Assembly: GCA_000398025.1 (NCBI GenBank)
Contig: ASKX01000006.1
Coordinates: forward strand, 14,759 to 38,758
From: Candidatus Paceibacter normanii SCGC AAA255-P19
GTDB lineage: Bacteria; Patescibacteriota; Minisyncoccia; Minisyncoccales; Paceibacteraceae
Length of the DNA: 24,000 nucleotides
Reading direction: 5' to 3'
Positions 1 to 6,153 of this stretch are shown piece by piece; the first letter of the stretch is position 1, and every line of letters starts with the position of its first letter. The notes beneath the pieces were generated by a model. The model ran no database searches. It saw only the letters and a list, made by a program, of their open reading frames with translations, and had not been told where the DNA came from. A program made the translations under genes and the position numbers.

Positions 1-1251
1 AAAGCTTATTACTGTTTTTGTTCTGAAGAAGAATTGGAGGATCAAAGACAATATCAAATGTCAATTGGAGAGACACCTCGATATTCCGGAAAATGTGCTA
101 ATTTACCCAAAGAAACAGTGAAAAAATATTTAGCCGAAGGAAAACCTTCAGTAATCAGATTTAGGGTACCAGTAAAAAAAATCTATTTTGATGATTTAAT
201 TCGGGGTAAATTGGAATTTGATACCGGTTTGATGGGGGACATAGCGATTGCTAAATCGATATCTACTCCTCTTTATAATTTTGCGGTAGTGATTGATGAT
301 TTTGAAATGAAAATAAGCCATGTCATCAGAGGAGAAGACCATATTTCCAATACCCCAAAACAAATATTAATCCAGCAGGTCCTAGGGCTTCCCCGGCCAA
401 AATATGCTCATTTACCATTAATTTTAGGCCCTGATAGAACCAAATTAAGCAAAAGACATGGATCTGTTTCTATTTCAGAATATAAAAAAGCAGGTTATCT
501 TCCCGAAGCTTTGATTAATTTTATGGCTTTTCTGGGCTGGAACCCAGGAACAGAAAGGGAAATTTATTCTTTACCTTCTTTAATCAAAGAATTTTCTTTA
601 GATAGAGTCCAAAAAGGAGGGGCAGTTTTCAATAATAAAAGATTGGATTATTTAAATGGATTCTATCTCCGCCGAAGATCAACTGAAAAATTGACTGAAA
701 TGTGTATTCCTTATTTGATTGAAGCCGGGCTGATTGAAAGGATAGAGAATAATCCCGGTAACCCCAAAAAAGAGAAGGGAGATTTAAAACTCTTTGAGGC
801 GGAGGAACCAGAATATAAAATTATAGAAACTGGAGAAGAGATTTCTTTTGAAACCTTAGGAAAAATTGTAGCTATGTATCAAGAAAGATTAAAAAAATTA
901 TCAGAAATTTCTGAGTTGACTGATTTTTTCTTTAAAGATAAGCTAAAATATAGTAAGGATTTGCTCCGCTGGGAAGAAATGTCAGATGCTGAACTTAAAA
1001 GTTCGCTTAAAATCTTAGGGGAAACTTTATCTGGAATGAAGCTAGAAGATTGGATTAAAGAAAACCTAGAAAAAAATTTATTATTAAAAGCAGAAGAAAT
1101 AGGGGATAGAGGAAAGCTTCTCTGGCCCCTAAGGGCAGCTTTAAGCGGAAAAGAGGCTTCGGCTGGCCCCTTCGAAATTGCTGAGATACTAGGCAAGGAA
1201 AAAACTTTAAAAAGGATAAAGGATGCGAAATTTCTAATTTCTAATTCCTAA
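1..1251 (+). CDS. gltX: glutamyl-tRNA synthetase, 5'-truncated by the window edge
   Basis: Frame 1 is open from base 1 (KAYYCFCSEEELEDQRQ...). It carries class I aaRS features, including the KMSKS-type KLSKRHG and the RGEDHISNTPKQ block. The stop is TAA at 1249-1251. The ORF-track start at 34 is an internal TTG. Confidence 0.95.
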   Translation, partial: KAYYCFCSEEELEDQRQYQMSIGETPRYSGKCANLPKETVKKYLAEGKPSVIRFRVPVKKIYFDDLIRGKLEFDTGLMGDIAIAKSISTPLYNFAVVIDDFEMKISHVIRGEDHISNTPKQILIQQVLGLPRPKYAHLPLILGPDRTKLSKRHGSVSISEYKKAGYLPEALINFMAFLGWNPGTEREIYSLPSLIKEFSLDRVQKGGAVFNNKRLDYLNGFYLRRRSTEKLTEMCIPYLIEAGLIERIENNPGNPKKEKGDLKLFEAEEPEYKIIETGEEISFETLGKIVAMYQERLKKLSEISELTDFFFKDKLKYSKDLLRWEEMSDAELKSSLKILGETLSGMKLEDWIKENLEKNLLLKAEEIGDRGKLLWPLRAALSGKEASAGPFEIAEILGKEKTLKRIKDAKFLISNS

Positions 1252-1258
1252 TTTCTAA
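1231..1258 (+). repeat. tandem heptamer TTTCTAA x4 (third unit TTCCTAA) spanning the gltX stop and the spacer
   Basis: Direct reading gives tttctaa tttctaa ttcctaa tttctaa, followed immediately by the ATG at 1258. Confidence 0.7.
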
Positions 1259-1710
1259 TGATAATTAAAAAAATAATTATAACTTTTGTTCTCTTGGGTT
1301 CAATGAATTTTTTATTCATTTCACCTTCGAGTTTAGTTTCACCAGTTTTTAGTTTGGCTCAGGAAACTCCTAAGGTAATTGAACCCCCGGAAACAATGGA
1401 AGAAGCCAAAGAATTGGGGGAGAAAGCCTTGGAAACCACCCAAAAAGAGCTTCCCGGAATTTTAGAAAAAATCTGGGAAGAGGACGTGCTACCGATTTGG
1501 CAAAAGATGTATGATTGGTTTTTAACTAATATCTGGCCCCAAATTAAAAGTTGGTTTAAAAAAGAAGTGGAGCCGAGAGTCAAAGAGGAAGTAGAAAAAA
1601 GAAAGCCGATAATTGAAGAAGAATTCGAAAAAGAAAAAGAAAAATTAAAAGAAGAGATTCCAGAGGTAAGTAAATCTCTCTGGGAAAAGCTCAATGAATT
1701 AATAAGATAA
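1258..1710 (+). CDS. hypothetical secreted/membrane-anchored protein, K/E/W-rich
   Basis: 150-aa ORF. It has a hydrophobic N-terminal signal-like segment (IIITFVLLGSMNFLFISPSSL...SLAQE), then a charged helical-looking region. No family was recognised. Confidence 0.7.
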   Translation: MIIKKIIITFVLLGSMNFLFISPSSLVSPVFSLAQETPKVIEPPETMEEAKELGEKALETTQKELPGILEKIWEEDVLPIWQKMYDWFLTNIWPQIKSWFKKEVEPRVKEEVEKRKPIIEEEFEKEKEKLKEEIPEVSKSLWEKLNELIR

Positions 1711-1721
1711 TTCATTTCGCC
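1693..1721 (+). repeat. hairpin-repeat family copy (AATGAA subfamily)
   Basis: AATGAATTA / ataaga / TAATTCATT is a 9-bp perfect stem followed by TCGCC. The stop codon at 1708-1710 lies in the 3' stem half. Confidence 0.6.
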
Positions 1722-1794
1722 TTCGAATTCAAAGAATCAATAAAGTATGCAGCCGTTAGGGTAGGGAACTCTGGCGGTTTTTTGTTTTTCCATA

Positions 1795-1822
1795 TTGACA
1801 CCAATTGTTGATAGATTATGAT
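1795..1822 (+). promoter_or_regulatory. sigma70-like promoter for the RNA gene
   Basis: TTGACA (1795-1800), a 16-nt spacer, then TATGAT (1817-1822). The predicted start is near G1829. Confidence 0.55.
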
Positions 1823-1828
1823 GAAATT

Positions 1829-2035
1829 GGGAAAAGGTTGGGTTGCGCAAACGAGGCGCTAGTCCGGTTGATGAGCCCGACAAGGAAGACACCTCCTGGT
1901 AGGGACCCGAGACGCCTGTGGTGGAACAATGCGTGAGGATTCGCAACGAAGAATGAGCCGGCTCATATGCGGGGGCTCACATAGAGGCATCAGCGCACCT
2001 CCTTTCAATACCAGAAGCAACCCAACCTTTCTCCC
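1829..2035 (+). ncRNA. structured ncRNA of unassigned class; ends base-paired; 6S-like rod is possible but unproven
   Basis: This is a GC-rich island (about 60% in a sampled line) in AT-rich DNA. AAAGGTTGGGTTGC at 1833-1846 is perfectly complementary to GCAACCCAACCTTT at 2017-2030. Nested helices are GAGGCGCT 1853-1860 with AGCGC(AC)CTC 1992-2001, and TGAGCCC 1872-1878 with GGGCTCA 1973-1979. There is a palindromic hairpin ATGAGCCGGCTCAT at 1953-1966. No plus-strand ORF is present. Confidence 0.6.
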
Positions 2036-2139
2036 GGCCGTCATTATAGTTCCTTCCTAATTTTAGCCCTTTGTCAATTATCCTCGGCACAATGTTGCCG
2101 TAATTAGTGATCAAGCAATTGATCATATATGTATGTTTC

Positions 2140-2174
2140 GAGACACGTCCCTCTGGCCGTGTCTCTGTTTTTTT
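2140..2174 (+). terminator. rho-independent terminator
   Basis: GAGACACG (2140-2147), loop tccctctggc, CGTGTCTC (2158-2165), then TGTTTTTTT. Confidence 0.7.
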
Positions 2175-2210
2175 ATAGAGATAGATAGAGATAGTACGTA
2201 AGGGGAGAAC

Positions 2211-2238
2211 TTGACAGGTCTTTTTGGCCTGTTATTAT
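2211..2238 (+). promoter_or_regulatory. sigma70-like promoter upstream of the recombinase gene
   Basis: TTGACA (2211-2216), a 16-nt spacer, then TATTAT (2233-2238). This leaves a ~125-nt leader that contains a hairpin-family copy. Confidence 0.5.
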
Positions 2239-2314
2239 GAATATAGATAATGTCGGACAATGTAGGTAAAGCGACACTTTATATAGAGAAAAAAACCACT
2301 CCCCTAAAATTACT

Positions 2315-2340
2315 AAATGAAGCTAAAGCTTCATTTCGAC
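2315..2340 (+). repeat. hairpin-repeat family copy (AATGAA subfamily)
   Basis: AAATGAAGCT / aa / AGCTTCATTT followed by CGAC. It shares CTTCATTTCGA with the copy at 17631-17655. Confidence 0.6.
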
Positions 2341-2369
2341 CTGCGTTTTTATAAATAAAAACTTGGTAT

Positions 2370-3326
2370 ATGAAGAAATCAAACATCCCTATCATTAAAC
2401 ATATCCCTGATTTTTTAGATTATTGTGAAGTTGAAAAAGGTTTAGCAGATAGAACTCAGGAAAATTACCAGCACTATCTCCAAAAGTTTGTCTCCTGGCT
2501 CAAAAAGACCAAAAAAGAGACCCTATTACCCCATGAGCTTACGGCTGAGGATATTTGGGCTTATAGGCTATATTTATCTCGTTATACAAACGAAAAAGGC
2601 CGTCCCTTGAAGAAAGTTACCCAGAACTACTACCTTATCGCTCTGAGAGCCCTTCTGAGCTATTTTACAGCCAAAGACATAGATTCGCTCCCTGCCGATA
2701 AAATAGCCCTCCCAAAGGCTGATAGAGCCGAAAAAACGGTCAAATTCCTTAATTTAGAGCAGATTGAACGGCTTTTACTGGCTCCAAATACAAAGATGTC
2801 CCAAGGGCTTAGAGATAGGGCTATTTTGGAGTCTCTTTTCTCAACCGGCCTTAGAATAGCTGAACTGGTAGCTCTTAACCGGGAACAGTTTACAAATATA
2901 AAAGACAAAAAAGATTTAGAGCTTGGGATTATTGGCAAAGGAAGCCACCCCAGAACAGTTTACTTTTCTGAAAGGGCTCTTTCCTGGATTAAGAAGTATC
3001 TTGATACCCGCAAAGACAAAGACAAGGCCCTGTTTATCCATTACAGGGTCCGGGAAGACGCTGAAGCCCGTCTTACAGCCCGCTCCATAGAAAGGATTGT
3101 CAAAAAATACGCCATCTTGGCCGGCGTTCCTATATTTACTACTCCTCACACTCTTCGCCACAGTATGGCTACTGATTTGTTAACCCAAGGAGTTGATTTG
3201 CGAACCATCCAGGAATTTTTGGGCCACCGAAATATCGTTACCACTCAAATTTATACTCACGTCACAAATAAACGTCTCCGCGACGTCCACCGCCAGTACC
3301 ACAGCGGAAAGAATCTAAAGGAATAA
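2370..3326 (+). CDS. tyrosine recombinase, XerC/XerD-like
   Basis: 318 aa. It has an N-terminal SAM-like core-binding region and catalytic motifs in the expected order: R in TGLRIAEL, GKGSHPR, HTLRHS, LGHRN and IYTH. Confidence 0.9.
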   Translation: MKKSNIPIIKHIPDFLDYCEVEKGLADRTQENYQHYLQKFVSWLKKTKKETLLPHELTAEDIWAYRLYLSRYTNEKGRPLKKVTQNYYLIALRALLSYFTAKDIDSLPADKIALPKADRAEKTVKFLNLEQIERLLLAPNTKMSQGLRDRAILESLFSTGLRIAELVALNREQFTNIKDKKDLELGIIGKGSHPRTVYFSERALSWIKKYLDTRKDKDKALFIHYRVREDAEARLTARSIERIVKKYAILAGVPIFTTPHTLRHSMATDLLTQGVDLRTIQEFLGHRNIVTTQIYTHVTNKRLRDVHRQYHSGKNLKE

Positions 3327-3329
3327 AAA

Positions 3330-3351
3330 AGTCCTACCTGGAGATAGGACT
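3330..3351. terminator. hairpin between convergent genes; the T-run is on the minus-strand side
   Basis: AGTCCTA / cctggaga / TAGGACT. AAAAA at 3325-3329 supplies a U-run for the minus-strand 186-aa gene. Confidence 0.5.
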
Positions 3352-3375
3352 TAGGTTGTCCGAGATCGAGGAAAT

Positions 3376-3936
3376 CTAGAAAAGCTTAACCTTAACTAAT
3401 TCAGGACAGATGCCGGGAGGCGTATCATATATTCGAAGAGCCCTTTGTATTACGGCTATAAAGACCAGCGGAGGGTATTTCATTATTGAGTGAGTCTCCG
3501 TAAATCTTTTCTCCTTCTCATACCATGACCTTATTTCTTCTATAGCCTCCTTGACTGTCTTGTATTTGTCCGGCTCTTTTCCCTCTTCAGGACCAACAAG
3601 CCAGACTTTCCTTAATGGCTCGCGGATCGAGACGTAATGAGGAGAAAATCCATCGCCTAAGCGGTAGACAATCGTCCAGCGGATAAACTGCCACATACGT
3701 TTTTCAGGAATTCGTCTGAGGGAAAATCGAGCATTCTCGAATTCCCTCATGTCGTGCACCCTGCTAACGGCAAGGTACTGGAAGCAACGATGAGGCGACT
3801 TATCTGACAAACCTACTGACAGGGCTCCTCTTAGCCAAGGATAATTTTCCAGCAACCTCTCAAACTTAACCTTTTTCAATTTCCCTCCTTCGCCATATAG
3901 GCTTTTTATTGGAGTGATGGTTTCGGGCACGTCCAT
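3376..3936 (-). CDS. hypothetical protein (orphan, 186 aa)
   Basis: Long ORF with an ATG start, a consensus promoter upstream and a terminator downstream. No family was recognised. It contains an RFTETH (Rx4H) motif near the C-terminus. Confidence 0.75.
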   Translation of the reverse strand: MDVPETITPIKSLYGEGGKLKKVKFERLLENYPWLRGALSVGLSDKSPHRCFQYLAVSRVHDMREFENARFSLRRIPEKRMWQFIRWTIVYRLGDGFSPHYVSIREPLRKVWLVGPEEGKEPDKYKTVKEAIEEIRSWYEKEKRFTETHSIMKYPPLVFIAVIQRALRIYDTPPGICPELVKVKLF

Positions 3937-3973
3937 CGAAACCCATTGCTATAGAATATTTAGCAATATATTT

Positions 3974-4002
3974 ATTATATATATTTCTTTTTATTTTGTC
4001 AA
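3974..4002 (-). promoter_or_regulatory. consensus sigma70 promoter for the 186-aa gene
   Basis: On the minus strand: TTGACA (4002-3997), a 17-nt spacer, then TATAAT (3979-3974). The leader contains the hairpin ATTGCTA (3945-3951) / TAGCAAT (3961-3967). Confidence 0.6.
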
Positions 4003-4014
4003 TCAATAGCAAAA

Positions 4015-4041
4015 AACCGTTAGTTCCCCTAACGGTTTTCT
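4015..4041. terminator. bidirectional terminator-like hairpin between divergent genes
   Basis: AACCGTTAG / ttccc / CTAACGGTT is a 9-bp perfect stem, flanked by an A6 run on the left and TTTTCTC on the right. Confidence 0.55.
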
Positions 4042-4049
4042 CTCACCGA

Positions 4050-4097
4050 GCTTCTATTTATAGAAGCGAAGGTGGAAAAGAGAATTTATTCTCTTTG
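4050..4097 (+). repeat. double hairpin carrying the family's GCGAAGGTG module
   Basis: GCTTCTA/ttta/TAGAAGC (4050-4067) overlaps AAGCGAAGGTG (4064-4074), which is followed by AAGAGAA/ttta/TTCTCTT (4078-4095). AGCGAAGGTG is identical to the copy at 10091. Confidence 0.5.
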
Positions 4098-4221
4098 ACT
4101 AATCTATCAAATGTCGCACAATATTAGTGTGCCTGGATTTTTCTGTTTGGTAAGTGAAATAATCATTGGTTTTCTTTAAAACAAGCTCATAACGCAATTT
4201 TATACAAATTTTTGTAGCATC

Positions 4222-4252
4222 TTGACATACAGGTATGGTTTGCTAATATAAT
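4222..4252 (+). promoter_or_regulatory. sigma70-like promoter for the ATPase/Toprim pair
   Basis: TTGACA (4222-4227), then TAATAT (4244-4249, 16-nt spacer) or TATAAT (4247-4252). Confidence 0.5.
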
Positions 4253-4287
4253 GATAGGGTGTGGAATAATTAAAACATATAAAACAT

Positions 4288-5499
4288 ATGATTCATTCAT
4301 TCTCGTGTAAAAACTTCTATTCTTTTAACGATCTTACAACTGTCAGTTTTGTTGTAAATGAAAAGGCCCCTCATAACGAAGGTTATTTCCGAACTGAGTC
4401 TGGAAATAGGCTTTCCAAGGTCGAAACCGTTATCGGCCCAAATGCTTCCGGTAAAACCAATCTACTAAAAGTTTTACCTTTCTTGAAATGGCTTATCACT
4501 GGTTCGTTCGATCTCAAACCCTCAGATTTATTACCATTTAAACCGTTCCTTTTTGCTAGCAATGATAACAAAACAACCGAAATTTCGGCCGATTTTGAAA
4601 TTAAGGGAGATGTTTTTACTTATAGTTTTAATGTGAGTAGAGAAAGAATCATTTCAGAAGAATTAAAGGTAAGGAATAAAACTAACGAAAAATTAACAAG
4701 TAAAAAAGTGTTTTCTCGCTATTGGAATAATAAAAATGAAAAATATGAATTAGATGATAACAGCTTTAATCTCCCTAAAGAATTTGAAAATTCAATGCGT
4801 GCCAACGCCAGTATCGTGAGCGTAGCTGTTCGGTTTAATCATAAAGAGAGCCAAAAGATCTTCGATTACTGGCAAAAAATAGAAACTAATGTGATAGAGG
4901 CTGGCTGGATTGGCGACAGTCTTTTGCCTAATGCAGTAAAACAGCTAATAGAAACATTTGATTTTTACAGTGAAAACGAAATTGTTAAAAAAGAAGTGGA
5001 TAAATTATTGTCACGTTTTGATCTTGGTTTGGAGTCGTTCGATATTAAAAAAGAAAAAAAAGGAGATGAATTTTCAATAAGTATAAATGGTATCCATACT
5101 TTTGGTGGACAAAAAGATTATCGTCTCCCGATACAATATGAATCATCTGGCACAAAACAGCTTTCCGTTTTATCTAAATCTATTCTTTTAGCATTAACCA
5201 ACGGAGGGATGGTTGTTGTTGATGAATTTGATGTTAATCTACATCCAGAAGTGGTATTGACTCTGGTTGAATTATTTATCCATCAAGAAACTAATCCACA
5301 TAATGCTCAATTGTTGTTTAGCGCCCACAGTCATCGAGTTTTAACTAGGTTGGATAAATACCAAATCGTACTTACTGAGAAAAACGAGAAAGGCGAAAGC
5401 GAAGCGTGGCGTTTGGATGATGTGTCAAATGTTAGAACTGACGATAATTATTACGAAAAATACATCACTGGCGCATATGGAGCCGTACCCAAGCTATAA
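4288..5499 (+). CDS. AAA_21/ABC-type ATPase (AbiLi / RloA-like)
   Basis: N-terminus MIHSFSCKNFYSFND. Walker A is GPNASGKTN, the signature-like region is ESSGTKQLS, Walker B is MVVVDEFDVNLHP, and the H-loop is FSAHSH. Confidence 0.85.
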   Translation: MIHSFSCKNFYSFNDLTTVSFVVNEKAPHNEGYFRTESGNRLSKVETVIGPNASGKTNLLKVLPFLKWLITGSFDLKPSDLLPFKPFLFASNDNKTTEISADFEIKGDVFTYSFNVSRERIISEELKVRNKTNEKLTSKKVFSRYWNNKNEKYELDDNSFNLPKEFENSMRANASIVSVAVRFNHKESQKIFDYWQKIETNVIEAGWIGDSLLPNAVKQLIETFDFYSENEIVKKEVDKLLSRFDLGLESFDIKKEKKGDEFSISINGIHTFGGQKDYRLPIQYESSGTKQLSVLSKSILLALTNGGMVVVDEFDVNLHPEVVLTLVELFIHQETNPHNAQLLFSAHSHRVLTRLDKYQIVLTEKNEKGESEAWRLDDVSNVRTDDNYYEKYITGAYGAVPKL

Positions 5500-6022
5500 T
5501 CGCCAAAAACAAAAGAAATATCGTAGTAAAAAAACTGTTTTTTTCTTCGGCGAGGGACCGGGAGAAACGTTTTTTTTGAAACATTTGCAATCTTTATATC
5601 ATTACTCTAAGTTAACATTCATAAGAATTGTAACTGGTAGAAGAGGTACTGCCGACGGAATCGTTATCGATGCAAGTAAAATGGGTAATTACGATAAGAA
5701 GGTTGTTATTCTGGATAATGACAAGCCGCAAAAAGAAATGGAAGAAGCAAGACGGGAAGCAAAAAATAGAAATATCGAGCTAATTGAGAATACTCCTTGT
5801 CTAGAACATATGCTGTTAACAATTTTGTCGGATGCAGATGGGAAAAATTTAAAAAGTTCAACACAGTATAAAAAAAATTTTGAATCCAAATATATGGATA
5901 GGAAAAAACGAAGGGAGTCAAGTGAATATACAAAGTTATTCCCAAAAAAATTACTAAATGAAAAGAGGGAAAAAGTTAAAAATTTAAATAGGATAATTTC
6001 AATAATGAAAAGTGGTAAATAG
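5477..6022 (+). CDS. RloB-like / Toprim-fold protein (AbiLii-like)
   Basis: VFFFGEGPGETFFLKHL (EG..E), VVILDNDKP (DxD) and NTPCLEHMLLTIL match the RloB pattern as I recall it. I chose the ATG at 5477, which overlaps the ATPase stop by 23 nt. The ORF-track start at 5417 is less likely. Confidence 0.8.
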   Translation: MEPYPSYNRQKQKKYRSKKTVFFFGEGPGETFFLKHLQSLYHYSKLTFIRIVTGRRGTADGIVIDASKMGNYDKKVVILDNDKPQKEMEEARREAKNRNIELIENTPCLEHMLLTILSDADGKNLKSSTQYKKNFESKYMDRKKRRESSEYTKLFPKKLLNEKREKVKNLNRIISIMKSGK

Positions 6023-6035
6023 TGCATTGTCCGAT

Positions 6036-6110
6036 AAAAAATAAAAACTGCCCAGCGATGGGCGTTTTATTATCCCCTACTCCGCACAATATGCCTTGTA
6101 GGACATTAAA
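6036..6110 (+). repeat. direct-repeat copy 1, containing the terminator hairpin GCCCA-gcga-TGGGC (6050-6063) plus a T-run
   Basis: aaaataaaaaCtgcccagcgatgggcGtttta ... tgtaggacattaaat. The partner copy is at 7226-7295. Confidence 0.7.
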
Positions 6111-6153
6111 TTAGGTTTCGAATCCTATCCCCAATTAGTTGAGATTAAAATGA

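Noticed and set aside
1829-2035. RNase P RNA interpretation (AGUCCGG at 1861-1867 and ACGAAGAA..CCGGCU at 1947-1963 resemble the two P4 strands)
   Set aside because: Four things argue against it. No P3 hairpin lies between P2 and the putative P4 5' strand. The CCGGCU lies inside a perfect palindrome hairpin. The helix 1872-1878/1973-1979 would cross P4 in a non-canonical order. The specificity-domain motifs are absent. It remains worth a covariance-model check.
1737-2044. Two overlapping minus-strand ORFs (69 and 61 aa) in the GC-rich island
   Set aside because: They overlap each other and exactly coincide with the helices of the plus-strand RNA locus. They have no start context, promoter or terminator. 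Open frames are expected by chance in a GC-rich patch of an AT-rich genome.
1829-2174. SRP RNA, tmRNA, cobalamin/lysine/TPP/FMN riboswitch readings
   Set aside because: There is no GUCAGGUCCGGAAGGAAGCAGC-type SRP domain IV, only a loose GGAAGACACC. There is no tRNA-like acceptor/T-arm and no plausible tag ORF for tmRNA. GAGGCGC and CGCAAC fragments occur, but the other conserved boxes of those riboswitches are missing. The locus also ends in a terminator with no regulated gene.
2253-6034. 10-nt inverted repeat TCGGACAATG (2253-2262) / CATTGTCCGA (6025-6034) bracketing the recombinase-to-Toprim block
   Set aside because: By rough count, hundreds of 10-mer inverted matches are expected by chance among all position pairs in 24 kb. 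There are no extended terminal inverted repeats or target-site duplication around them.
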